Part shown: piece by piece, positions 20,308 through 29,894 of the stretch
Numbering within the stretch: the stretch's first letter is position 1
How the letters are laid out: every line of letters starts with the position of its first letter
From: an uncultured Chloroflexia bacterium
GTDB lineage: Bacteria; Chloroflexota; Anaerolineae; Anaerolineales; UBA4823
DNA: 64,000 bases
NCBI GenBank assembly: GCA_963788145.1
Contig: CAWBFQ010000003.1
Coordinates: forward strand, 219,716 to 283,715
Reading direction: 5' to 3'
The notes under the pieces: model-generated
What the model was told of the DNA's origin: nothing
What the model saw: only the letters and a program-made list of their open reading frames with translations
Databases searched by the model: none
Position numbers and translations under genes: made by a program

Positions 20308-21912
20308 TTATTGATTTAGATGATAACACTTATTCCATAGGCGAGCATAGGAAGTTGCCTCTTCGTCCCATCGCTGATCATTCCAGCCCAGTTCCACCTG
20401 GGCGACTGCCCGGATTGAATCAATGTGATCCAGACCACCGTGTGGTAGAAGCAACCCCAGTCGCACCCTGCGTAACAGTAAATCATCCAGATGAACCACG
20501 GCTTCAGAGCGGGCTGCCCAGCGAAGCTCAGCCCATAACGCGCTCGAGTCACCAATCGAAGTTAAGTCGCCGGATTGAGCGTTGGCGGTTAATTCAGCAG
20601 CAGTCGACCCATATCTGCCTGATAAGCGTAGGCGTTGTGCGGGATGTAAGGTTTCTGCGTTGGGCAATTCTCCCGGTACAGAATCCAGCACGCGCACCTG
20701 GTTATCAAATACCGGTTTTCCTGGCAAACGTGGGTGAACCCTTTCCAACGCATCATGCGCCATCAAGCGAAAAGTGGTCAGTTTCCCGCCGGTTACAGTG
20801 AGCAGATTGCTTTCGTCCCACACGATATGCTCGCGTGATTCTTTAGATGGATCCGATTTTCCGGTATCCAAAACTGGCCGGACGCCGGAATAAGCTCCTT
20901 GAATATCCGAGAGGGTTAATTCCTGGCAGGAGAATGCAGATTGAGCAGCCTGAAGTAAGTAAGCTGCTTCCATTTCCGAAATAGCAACATCTTGCTCCAG
21001 CGGATCAGAGTGATCGACATCCGTCGTGCCAACAATGGTGATCCCTTCCCATGGGATGGCGAAAACCGGTCGATGATCTTGCGGGTGAAGAAAGCTGACC
21101 GATCGGGTGAGAGGTAACCTTTTCGATGAGATTATCAGGTGACTGCCGCGCAACTTTCGTAGCCGGGCGCGCCCTCCAACTTGGATTCGCAATTCATCCG
21201 CCCATGCGCCGGTAGCATTAATCACAACCGCTGATTGGATTTCTTGAGTCGCTAATGCTTCTCCCGGGGATTGGTTTTCTACAACCACTCCACAGATTCG
21301 CCCATTTCTGGTTTTTAGCAAATCGGTCACTTTGGCGTAATTCAAAGCCAACGCACCGTCCAGCACGGCTTCTTGAATCACCCGCAATACCAGGCGCGAG
21401 TCATCCGTCTGCGCGTCAAAATAACGAAATCCTCCCATTAATCCATCTTCTGTAAGCGGCGGACATAGATCGTGGATATCGATCTGATCATAGCGGCGAT
21501 GACCCCATTTGAGCGCCAATAAATCATAGACGATCAACCCAGCCTCGAAAACCCAGGCGGGAATGGTGTCGCCTTGATAATTGACCAGTAAGAAACTGAG
21601 CGGATTTACCAGGCCGCGGCCTTCATGGATCAAGCGTTCGCGCTCACGCACTGATTCCAGTGTGACCCGAATTTGCAGGTTCTTCAGATAGCGAAACCCG
21701 CCATGTACCAGTTTTGAAGATCGGCTTGAAGTGCCAGATGAGAAATCATGCGCTTCCAGCAATAAAGCCTTTAACCCTGCCCGGGCTGCTTCGCGCAGAA
21801 TTCCGGCTCCAGTGATACCCCCACCAATAATAATTAAATCCCAATATTGGTTGAGATCGCTCCAGGCTTGATTGCGCCATCCTTTTTCCCACGGATGTTT
21901 TTTAATCATCAT
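20308..21912 (-). CDS. glpD: FAD-dependent glycerol-3-phosphate dehydrogenase
   Basis: ORF track 20308..21948. I prefer ATG 21912, which has GAGAGGA upstream. The sequence DLIIIGGGITGAGILREAARAGLKALLLEAHDFSSGTSSRSSKLVHGGFRYL is the typical GlpD N-terminus. Confidence 0.8.
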   Translation of the reverse strand: MMIKKHPWEKGWRNQAWSDLNQYWDLIIIGGGITGAGILREAARAGLKALLLEAHDFSSGTSSRSSKLVHGGFRYLKNLQIRVTLESVRERERLIHEGRGLVNPLSFLLVNYQGDTIPAWVFEAGLIVYDLLALKWGHRRYDQIDIHDLCPPLTEDGLMGGFRYFDAQTDDSRLVLRVIQEAVLDGALALNYAKVTDLLKTRNGRICGVVVENQSPGEALATQEIQSAVVINATGAWADELRIQVGGRARLRKLRGSHLIISSKRLPLTRSVSFLHPQDHRPVFAIPWEGITIVGTTDVDHSDPLEQDVAISEMEAAYLLQAAQSAFSCQELTLSDIQGAYSGVRPVLDTGKSDPSKESREHIVWDESNLLTVTGGKLTTFRLMAHDALERVHPRLPGKPVFDNQVRVLDSVPGELPNAETLHPAQRLRLSGRYGSTAAELTANAQSGDLTSIGDSSALWAELRWAARSEAVVHLDDLLLRRVRLGLLLPHGGLDHIDSIRAVAQVELGWNDQRWDEEATSYARLWNKCYHLNQ

Positions 21913-23542
21913 TTCGTCCTCTCGTTTCTTCCGTCGGATTTTTATCATTTACCTGGATCAATTTTCCCGGATTAAATATCTGGTTTGGATCAAGGAAATT
22001 TGCTGTCTGGCGAATCAAGTCGATCCCGAGCCGACCTTTTTCCATCACCAAATATGGCGAATGATCTATGCCTACACCGTGTTGATGGCTGATGGTGCCG
22101 TGATGAGCCACAATTTGCTGGCTGGCGGCGGATTTCATTGCTTGCCAACGCTGCAGTGTTTCTTCCGGATCGCTACTTCTGCGGAATAAATAAGTGACAT
22201 ACAAACTGGCGCCGTCTCGATAAATGTGGGATAGATGGGCGAAGACCAACACTTGTTGTTCGAATTTCACAAGAGAAGTCTGAATGGCCTGTAGGATTGC
22301 TGCCGCTGCCGGCTGGATCGACGACCAGCTTAGCGCGGTTTCAAGAGTATCGATAGCATACCCTTGAGTCCACAAAGTATTCCGTAAATAGGGTGAAAGG
22401 AAACGTGACTTGCGCCACAATTTTCCGATTGTTGCTCCTGTGTATAAACCGCCATATTTGCGGGCGATCTTTACAGCGCGCCGGTGTGCGTATCTGGTTG
22501 CATCCGCATCGCCTGTAATTCCCAATACCAGCAGCGAGCGTTGATTGCCATAATTCAGCCATCCCAGCCCGCGTTTTGCCCAGGCAACTAGATCATCTTT
22601 TCCGGATAACCGTAAGGTGGTTTCTGTCTCCAGAGGGTTGGATAGGCGCGCCATCGAGATGGGGATTTTTTGTTGGGCGATCTGGCGCACGGCTTCTATA
22701 CCACCTTCCCAATCGTGAAAGAAAATGCCATAGAAGGTTTCACTTTCAGGGATTGAACGAATTCGCACCTGTGCCCGTGTGATGATCCCAAAACGGCCTT
22801 CCGATCCAAGGTAAGTCTGGCGTAAATCCGGCCCGGCGGCGCTGGCAGGCAGAGCCGGTAGGTCGATCGGACCACGGCTGGTTTCCACGTGTCCGCCTGC
22901 AAAAAGATCCTCGATCCGTCCGTAATAATACGATTGCTGTCCGCTTGATCTTGTGGCAATCCAGCCGCCCAGGGTAGAAAGCTCGAACGACTGCGGAAAA
23001 TGACCCAGGGTAAAACCGCGTAGGTTGAGTTGCTGTTCGATCTCAGGACCGCTCACGCCAGCCCCAAAAGTAGCTAATTGACTGACCTCGTCGATGTTTT
23101 CCAGCTTGTTGAGATGCGAAAGATCGATAGTAAGGATTGGTGCTGCAATCGGCAATGGATTAATATGACCTACAACGCTGGTTCCGCCTCCATAAGGGAT
23201 TATACAGATCTCATTTTTACGGGCGAATTCGATTAGCGAGGCCACTTCCTGATCATTCTCCGGGTAAATGACACCATCCGGGAAACGCTCTATTTGACCA
23301 TAACGCAGAGCAACCCAATCCGGTAAGCTTTGACCGCGGGCATGAAAAAGCCGATCGAGCGAGTTTGTCTTAATTAACGGATGAGGTGGGATTTGTGACT
23401 GGGGTATTTGCTCTAGCATCTGCGAGATGGTGACATCTGGGATGATCTCGCCTGGCCCAATCCGTTCCTGCAGATAATCTGCGGCAGATGCAGGCAGCGG
23501 GTAATCTGTTTTCTCGTCTCCCCATCCATTCCAACGGCGCAT
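21902..23542 (-). CDS. FAD-linked oxidase, alkyl-dihydroxyacetone-phosphate-synthase-like
   Basis: 546 aa. It starts MRRWNGWGDE, has an FAD_binding_4-type core (IIPYGGGTSVVGH) and a C-terminal HHGTISHQHGVG block. Confidence 0.7.
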   Translation of the reverse strand: MRRWNGWGDEKTDYPLPASAADYLQERIGPGEIIPDVTISQMLEQIPQSQIPPHPLIKTNSLDRLFHARGQSLPDWVALRYGQIERFPDGVIYPENDQEVASLIEFARKNEICIIPYGGGTSVVGHINPLPIAAPILTIDLSHLNKLENIDEVSQLATFGAGVSGPEIEQQLNLRGFTLGHFPQSFELSTLGGWIATRSSGQQSYYYGRIEDLFAGGHVETSRGPIDLPALPASAAGPDLRQTYLGSEGRFGIITRAQVRIRSIPESETFYGIFFHDWEGGIEAVRQIAQQKIPISMARLSNPLETETTLRLSGKDDLVAWAKRGLGWLNYGNQRSLLVLGITGDADATRYAHRRAVKIARKYGGLYTGATIGKLWRKSRFLSPYLRNTLWTQGYAIDTLETALSWSSIQPAAAAILQAIQTSLVKFEQQVLVFAHLSHIYRDGASLYVTYLFRRSSDPEETLQRWQAMKSAASQQIVAHHGTISHQHGVGIDHSPYLVMEKGRLGIDLIRQTANFLDPNQIFNPGKLIQVNDKNPTEETRGRNDD

Positions 23543-23572
23543 AACAACCTCCGATCCGCTAGTTAATGCTGA

Positions 23573-24274
23573 TCACTCAACAGATATTTTCAATCGCTGT
23601 TCCCACAAACGCAGGCTGTCTTTCATCACTTCACGTGTAACTGCCTCTGCTGCTATCGGATCAGGAAGGCTGAAAGCCTGCTCCAATTCTGCATAGAAAA
23701 GCCGGGATGTATGTCGAGATTTGGGTAGTTGAAAATAGAGAATGGCCATGGGTATATACAATTCCGTAAATCCGTTTAAAATTAAAGTGAAGATTGGATT
23801 TCCGGATGAGATGGAGAGTTGGTAATGCAGTCGCCAATCAAAGTTGGCAAATGCTTCCGCCTGATCAGGTATTAGCAGGTGATCCTTGAGCACGTGCAAA
23901 ACAGAGGAGTGGTCATTGTTCGCCGCCAATGCGGTGTATGCTGGTGCAATCGCCAGGCGTACAGCGAGCAGGTTGGGGATAAAGTCGGGTGGAAGGTGTG
24001 TGGATCGGCGTGCGATCGCACCTAGCACTCCCAGGCTACCTTCGCGCCAGAAATCCCGTACACGGGTGGGTTTTCCATGGCGGATTTCCAGCCAGCCATC
24101 CCGCCCCAGTCGTTGCAGCGCTTCACGTAAGGTGGGCCGGGTGACTTTGAGTTGTGAAGCAAGCTTGCGCTCGCCAGGTAGGGAAGAACCGATCGGAAAT
24201 GCACCATCCAAAATCGCATCAATCAGGCGGTTTTCTGTCAATTCAGCCGGTTTTTGTGGGGAAGTCCATTCCAT
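23573..24274 (-). CDS. GntR-family transcriptional regulator, FadR subfamily
   Basis: 233 aa. The winged helix-turn-helix reads LPGERKLASQLKVTRPTLREALQRLGRDGWLEIRHGKPTRV, and the all-helical C-terminal domain has FCD-like length. Confidence 0.8.
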   Translation of the reverse strand: MEWTSPQKPAELTENRLIDAILDGAFPIGSSLPGERKLASQLKVTRPTLREALQRLGRDGWLEIRHGKPTRVRDFWREGSLGVLGAIARRSTHLPPDFIPNLLAVRLAIAPAYTALAANNDHSSVLHVLKDHLLIPDQAEAFANFDWRLHYQLSISSGNPIFTLILNGFTELYIPMAILYFQLPKSRHTSRLFYAELEQAFSLPDPIAAEAVTREVMKDSLRLWEQRLKISVE

Positions 24275-24293
24275 AATTCTTCGCTCTGGTAAG

Positions 24294-24304
24294 TGGTCAT
24301 ACCA
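24294..24304. promoter_or_regulatory. Candidate GntR/FadR-type operator TGGTCATACCA
   Basis: A perfect TGGT-N3-ACCA palindrome lies 20 bp upstream of the regulator start, in the divergent 240-bp intergenic region. It is nested in a longer repeat, CTGGT...ACCAG. Confidence 0.4.
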
Positions 24305-24349
24305 GTACTTTTTTCATTATACCGAAAATTACGCATCGCGTCAATATCT

Positions 24350-24357
24350 TGTATAAT
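24350..24357 (+). promoter_or_regulatory. Extended -10 element TGTATAAT upstream of the GMC oxidoreductase gene
   Basis: Read from the sequence. The -35 is weak. It would give a leader of about 150 nt. Confidence 0.35.
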
Positions 24358-24514
24358 GATTGAGTTGGGAGTTGGTGAGACATTTCACGGGATATCTCTC
24401 CCGATAGATCGGCATTTTATAGGCCAGGCGCCTGTTTGTTCAGCAATAATGCTCCTGAGTGACTGACCCTCAGGCAACCAGGGCTTCTAATAACAGCGTA
24501 TAGGAGGTGAACGG

Positions 24515-26194
24515 ATGAAGAATACTCACGCTGAACAGGTATTTGATTACATCATTATCGGTTCTGGTTTTGGGGGTAGCGTTTCGGCCATGCGTCTGGC
24601 AGAAAAAGGGTATTCTGTTCTGGTTCTGGAGCAGGGCAAACGATTTGAGGATGAGGATTTTGCCAAATCTAACTGGCAGGCGACAAAGTACTTATGGCTG
24701 CCCGCTTTACGCTGTTTTGGGATATTGAAGATCAGCCTGTTCAGAGATGTGCTGGTATTGCACGGCGCAGGTGTGGGAGGGGGGAGCCTTGGATATGCGA
24801 ACGTCTTGATGCGACCGAGCGATGAGTTATTTCGAAACCCTTCGTGGAAACACCTGGCGGACTGGAAAGAAGTACTGATCCCGCATTATCAAACTGCAGA
24901 AGCCATGCTTGGTGTGGTTCGCAACCCCTGTCTTTGGCATTCTGATCAGGTGATGATTGAAATAGCAAGTGAACTTGGAACAGCAGAGACTTTCCACCCA
25001 ACTCTGGTCGGAGCTTATTTTGGCGAACCAGGCAAGGAAGGTCAACCAGCGCCAGATCCGTATTTTAACGGAGAAGGACCTGCGCGGAATGGCTGCACTC
25101 AATGCGGCGGCTGCATGGTGGGTTGCCGAAATAACGCTAAAAACACGCTGGTCAAGAATTATCTCTATTTTGCTGAAAAATGGGGTGCTCAAATATGGTC
25201 AGAATGTGAAGTCAGCGATGTGACTCCGCTCTCGTCGAATGAAGCGGATGAGGCGCGATATGAAATTGTATATCACAATTCAACCGGCTGGCTACGTACT
25301 TCCCAGTCCAGGGTACGCGGGCGGAATATTGTCTTTTCTGCTGGATCGCTAGGAACGCAAAAATTACTCTTTCGTTGCCGCGATATTACCGGCTCACTTC
25401 CCAGGGTTTCGCCGAAATTGGGCCACATGGTGCGCACGAATAGTGAAGCATTGCTGGGTGTGGTGGCTCGTGATCACCAAGTTGACTATTCTGAAGGAAT
25501 TGCGATCACCTCGATTTTTTATGCTGACCCTGTTACTACAGTTGAGCCAGTTCGTTATCCGGCAGGTTCTTCATTGATGCGTTTTCTTTCCAGTCCGCTG
25601 CTCGAGACTGATGGCAGCGTTGTTAAACGATTTCTCAGAACTTTCTTAGAGATCATTATGCATCCGGTTGATTTCTTAAATACATATTTCTTGCCCGGAT
25701 GGGCAGAGCACTCGACGATCCTTTTGGTGATGCAAACCGTCGATAATCATATGCGAATGCACCTGGGACGCAACATATGGACTTTATTCCAAAAGGGATT
25801 GGTTTCGGACGTTAGTGCACAACACCGAGTTCCCAGCAAGATCGATATCGGTCATCGAGTGACCCGGCGGTTCGCCGAAAAAATCAATGGAATCCCAGCA
25901 GGAAGCATCAATGAGGGGCTATTGAATATTCCCATGACCGCTCATATTCTGGGGGGTTGCCCATTTGGGCGGAATGATCAAGAAGGCGTGATCGATTTAG
26001 ATTGCCAGATTCATAATTACCCGGGCTTGTTCGTGGTTGATGGCTCAATCATGCCGGCCAACCCTGGCGTGAACCCAAGCCTGACGATCACAGCTCTGGC
26101 CGAATATGCTATGAGTCGCATTCCAACAAAACCGGAGGCGCTGGTCAAGCAGCTAGTTTTGTCAAACACCTCGTCATCAGAGAAGCTGCTCTAA
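24515..26194 (+). CDS. GMC-family FAD oxidoreductase (cholesterol-oxidase-like)
   Basis: 559 aa. The FAD motif is DYIIIGSGFGGSVSAMRLAEKGYSVLVLEQG, and the C-terminal GMC block is FVVDGSIMPANPGVNPSLTITALAE. AGGAGG lies upstream of the start. Confidence 0.8.
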   Translation: MKNTHAEQVFDYIIIGSGFGGSVSAMRLAEKGYSVLVLEQGKRFEDEDFAKSNWQATKYLWLPALRCFGILKISLFRDVLVLHGAGVGGGSLGYANVLMRPSDELFRNPSWKHLADWKEVLIPHYQTAEAMLGVVRNPCLWHSDQVMIEIASELGTAETFHPTLVGAYFGEPGKEGQPAPDPYFNGEGPARNGCTQCGGCMVGCRNNAKNTLVKNYLYFAEKWGAQIWSECEVSDVTPLSSNEADEARYEIVYHNSTGWLRTSQSRVRGRNIVFSAGSLGTQKLLFRCRDITGSLPRVSPKLGHMVRTNSEALLGVVARDHQVDYSEGIAITSIFYADPVTTVEPVRYPAGSSLMRFLSSPLLETDGSVVKRFLRTFLEIIMHPVDFLNTYFLPGWAEHSTILLVMQTVDNHMRMHLGRNIWTLFQKGLVSDVSAQHRVPSKIDIGHRVTRRFAEKINGIPAGSINEGLLNIPMTAHILGGCPFGRNDQEGVIDLDCQIHNYPGLFVVDGSIMPANPGVNPSLTITALAEYAMSRIPTKPEALVKQLVLSNTSSSEKLL

Positions 26195-27637
26195 GACGGC
26201 GCGCACGACTTGAGGATCTGCTTTACCGCCTGATTTTCGCATCACCTGGCCAACGAACCAGCCGATCAGGCTGGTTTTACCTTCACGGTAGTTTTCAACC
26301 GGTTCTGGGTTTTCAGCCAGGACTAGAGCGCATACTTTTCGGATCGCCTCTATATCGCTCACCTGGGCTAACCCCTCGGATTGGACGATTTCCTCTGGTG
26401 ATTGCCCGCTTTGCTCTACCTTTTCAAGCAGAGATTTCCCGGTAGAAATGTTGATCTTGTTCTCATCTACCAGGCGAATGATGGACGCCAGGTAAACCGG
26501 TGTGAGTTTCAGATCAGAGGCGTTCAACCCACGCTCGTTAATACTTCGCAATACATCGTTCATCAACCAATTTGAGACGCGCTTGGGATCGCCTTCATAA
26601 GCTTTGATAGCTGCTTCGAAATAATCCGAAAGGTTCTTCTCAGAAGTCAGGATGTCTGCATCATATTCGGGTAATCCGTACTGGTCGATGAACCGCTGGC
26701 GACGCTCCAGAGGCAATTCTGGCAAACCCGTCAACACGGATGTAAGCCAATCTTGATCGATCTGGATTGGCAGCAGGTCGGGTTCGCGGAAATAACGGTA
26801 ATCTGCCTCGGTTTCCTTTGAGCGCATTTTGCGCAATACACCTGTGTCTTCGTCCCACTCCAGCGTCCAGGCGGCAATTTTATGCCCCGCTTCAACTTCG
26901 CGGATCTGACGTTTGATTTCGGTTTCAATCGCTTCACGCACAGCATTGATTGAATTGACGTTTTTGATCTCGGTCTTCGGGTTCAGATAGGTCGCGCCGA
27001 CCGGGCGGATAGACACATTGGCGTCACAACGCAAGTGAGCCTTCTCCATATCTGCTTCTGAAATGCCAATCCAACGCAGTAGTTGGCGCAGCCGGGTCAG
27101 GTATTGAGCTGCTTCATCGGCTGAATGGATATCTGGGGCGGTGACCATTTCTACTAATGGCACGCCGCAGCGGTTGAAATCGATCAAGCGCTGACCTAAT
27201 TCGTTCTTCGTTTTACCGGCATCTTCCTCAATGTGAAGTTTGTGAATGTGAACGCGGCGGGAGTAGTTGTGTGCGCCGATCTGCATGGGTACATCCAGGT
27301 AACCACCGACAGCCAAGGGTTGGTCATATTGTGAAATCTGATAACCTTTTGGCAAATCGGGGTAGAAATAGTTCTTACGGTCAAAGAATGAAATCGGAAG
27401 AATGTCAGCGTGCATAGCCGCCGCCAGCAACACACCTTTCTCAATCACAGCCTCATTTAGCACAGGCAGAACGCCTGGTAGTCCGGTGCATACCGGGCAG
27501 ATGTTCGTATTCGGTGGGCTGTTCCATGAATCCGCTTTGCAGGAACAGAAAATCTTGGTTGTAGTGTTGAGCTGGATATGGGTCTCAAGACCGATAACGG
27601 CTTCATATTCGGGCATGGTCATACTCGCATCATTCAA
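26177..27637 (-). CDS. gatB: Asp/Glu-tRNA amidotransferase subunit B
   Basis: Sequence reads YEAVIGLETHIQLNTTTKIFCSC...NTNICPVCTGLPGVLPVLN...; the C-terminal GatB/YqeY domain is present. The start is either TTG 27637 or ATG 27622. Confidence 0.9.
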   Translation of the reverse strand: MNDASMTMPEYEAVIGLETHIQLNTTTKIFCSCKADSWNSPPNTNICPVCTGLPGVLPVLNEAVIEKGVLLAAAMHADILPISFFDRKNYFYPDLPKGYQISQYDQPLAVGGYLDVPMQIGAHNYSRRVHIHKLHIEEDAGKTKNELGQRLIDFNRCGVPLVEMVTAPDIHSADEAAQYLTRLRQLLRWIGISEADMEKAHLRCDANVSIRPVGATYLNPKTEIKNVNSINAVREAIETEIKRQIREVEAGHKIAAWTLEWDEDTGVLRKMRSKETEADYRYFREPDLLPIQIDQDWLTSVLTGLPELPLERRQRFIDQYGLPEYDADILTSEKNLSDYFEAAIKAYEGDPKRVSNWLMNDVLRSINERGLNASDLKLTPVYLASIIRLVDENKINISTGKSLLEKVEQSGQSPEEIVQSEGLAQVSDIEAIRKVCALVLAENPEPVENYREGKTSLIGWFVGQVMRKSGGKADPQVVRAVLEQLL

Positions 27638-29875
27638 TTATGGTTCCGAAGAATCGGGATTGGTTTGTAAGCTAGGATCATCGCCAGACTTTTCTTTTGG
27701 AACATTTATCTGCGCGGACCGATCACTCAGCAAAATTGCAGCGGCTATTAACAACCCCAGGATGGAGAGCAAAACCCCGAGCGGCACATCCCAGGGCCGG
27801 TAGCGGAATTCAACTTTGTGATCACCGGGCAATAATTCGACCGAAAGCCAGATATCCGACTTCAGTTTAGCAGAGATTCCGTCTACTTTGACGTGCCAGC
27901 CGCTCCAGCTATTCTCTTTGACGACCAGCATACCAGGTTTCGATAGCGAACAACTAACATCGATATCGCCACTGTTACCGGTAGCCTGGCAGATGGTGGT
28001 GGTAGAGTCTGAATTGTGAATTACCTTGGCGTATTCACGGTCGGAAGATCCGATATAAATCGGCATCCCATACGCCTCCTGGTAATATTGCATATCAGGT
28101 GGTTGACCGGCGTGATTGGCTTCCAGGAACGGCTTGGGGAAATTACGACCTCTCCAATACCAGGTACGGATGCCGGTAGCTGTTTTCAAGCCCATTCCAA
28201 CCGCCGATTCGATATACATATGCTCGCCGAAAGGCGGGTTAACCCACTCAAGGGTTGGTGTGCGCAGCCCAAGGTTAACGGCCAGGACTGTCGGGTCAAT
28301 CCTAGTGACGCCAATCCATCCTCTCCCAAATCCCTGAACGTCGAGCAGGTTGGTTGTCAGCGGGATAATGAGCAGCCAGCGGGCATCTATCTTTAATAGC
28401 CGACTAGGGGACTGGCCTTGTACCCAACCAAATTGGAATTGTAACCAGGAGCTTTTCAAGAGATGGTCGAGACCCATTCCGGCTAACCCAATTAAGGATA
28501 CACCCGCCAGACCTGCAATCTGAGCTGGGTTACGGATGCCCGCAATGAAATCATCAATAGCCTGGAATGGGCTGATCTGGATGATCCATATTAAAGGCAC
28601 GGCGCTGGCGACCCATAAGGCAAGTACAGCACTGATGAGGAGAAAGTATGCCGTCCGGCGATGTTCAGAGTTGAGTTTGGTAGAAAAAGTGTAAAGAGCT
28701 AGCAACACTGTCAACCATCCAATATAATTCCCATTCAAATGCGGATAGGGGAGTTTAGCCAGGCTGTCATTCCTTAGGAAATCCGGATCGCGAATGACCA
28801 GGTTTAGTGGGATATACTCGAATGACTGCGCGCTGCCAAAGTCTCTATCCATCTCTTTGTCGAATTGGGGCATGAAGTGCAGCATCGGGACCAGGAACGG
28901 TGCAGAGAGCAGAATGGCAATCAACCCGGCTAATAAGATGCGACTGAAAAGCCTCTTGAGATATTCCCTGTCCCAGACGGGTACGAGGAATACTGCTGCT
29001 GGAATTGTTGACATTAGCAGGCCAATCTGCATATAACCCTGACCTGCCAAAATAGCAAGCGCCAGGAAAATCCCCAGGAGTACTGCCGAGCGTCGGCTGG
29101 TTGTGCGAAGAAGCAGAATCAAAGGCGGCAGGACCAGTGCGCACATCACCAACGATAACACCACTCCGAAAGCGCCCAACTCCATTCGTACAGCCAGGTG
29201 ACCGCCGGCGGCAGCCATCAGGCTGCTCCACAGTCGGGCGGGTCGACCCAGACCAAGGATGAAAGCCAGCCACCATTGAGCTAATCCAGCCAGGATGAAT
29301 GCCCCCGCCAGGGCTAATTTTGCCCCATTCTGAACACCCCATCCCAGCGTGGTGAAAATCACGAGCGGGTGAAGCATGCTCCCATGGGGATCGACGAAAT
29401 ATGGCGCGCCGCCGCGCGTTGAGCCGTTCCACATTGCGCATAAGCCGCATTCGCTCAGGCGCGTCCAAAGGTGATGGGTTTGGATCGCAGAAGGATACTC
29501 GTTCCCGGTTGGGATGATGTCTTCATCAAAATTGAGGTATGGTTTGGCGATCAGCAATCCCCATAAGATCACAATTAGAATCTCAGCGGTAGTATAGAGC
29601 AATGCTAAGTGGGCATTCGATCCTGTGGGAAACCTTTTTTTACCAAGCCAGGATATCCGCGATTGAATGTTGTTCATTTGAATTTGATCCTTGCCTTCAG
29701 GTTTCTTCTGCAGGATGCTTCTTAACCAGGTGAGAATTGGTGAGTAAACACCCAGCACCTGGATATTCCCGTTCTCATGGGTTTGGCCGCGCCCACGTCT
29801 TTTTAGATAACCCATCAGAATAAAATCTATGAATACAGCTATTAAAATGACAAGGAGCCAGATCCAGGTAGGCAT
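27638..29875 (-). CDS. Large polytopic membrane protein (YfhO/GT-C-like, function unknown) embedded in the gat operon
   Basis: 745 aa with more than 12 predicted hydrophobic helices and a soluble C-terminal part. AAGGAAA lies upstream of ATG 29875. The family assignment is only by general resemblance. Confidence 0.55.
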   Translation of the reverse strand: MPTWIWLLVILIAVFIDFILMGYLKRRGRGQTHENGNIQVLGVYSPILTWLRSILQKKPEGKDQIQMNNIQSRISWLGKKRFPTGSNAHLALLYTTAEILIVILWGLLIAKPYLNFDEDIIPTGNEYPSAIQTHHLWTRLSECGLCAMWNGSTRGGAPYFVDPHGSMLHPLVIFTTLGWGVQNGAKLALAGAFILAGLAQWWLAFILGLGRPARLWSSLMAAAGGHLAVRMELGAFGVVLSLVMCALVLPPLILLLRTTSRRSAVLLGIFLALAILAGQGYMQIGLLMSTIPAAVFLVPVWDREYLKRLFSRILLAGLIAILLSAPFLVPMLHFMPQFDKEMDRDFGSAQSFEYIPLNLVIRDPDFLRNDSLAKLPYPHLNGNYIGWLTVLLALYTFSTKLNSEHRRTAYFLLISAVLALWVASAVPLIWIIQISPFQAIDDFIAGIRNPAQIAGLAGVSLIGLAGMGLDHLLKSSWLQFQFGWVQGQSPSRLLKIDARWLLIIPLTTNLLDVQGFGRGWIGVTRIDPTVLAVNLGLRTPTLEWVNPPFGEHMYIESAVGMGLKTATGIRTWYWRGRNFPKPFLEANHAGQPPDMQYYQEAYGMPIYIGSSDREYAKVIHNSDSTTTICQATGNSGDIDVSCSLSKPGMLVVKENSWSGWHVKVDGISAKLKSDIWLSVELLPGDHKVEFRYRPWDVPLGVLLSILGLLIAAAILLSDRSAQINVPKEKSGDDPSLQTNPDSSEP

Positions 29876-29894
29876 TTACTGTTTGATTTCCTTG

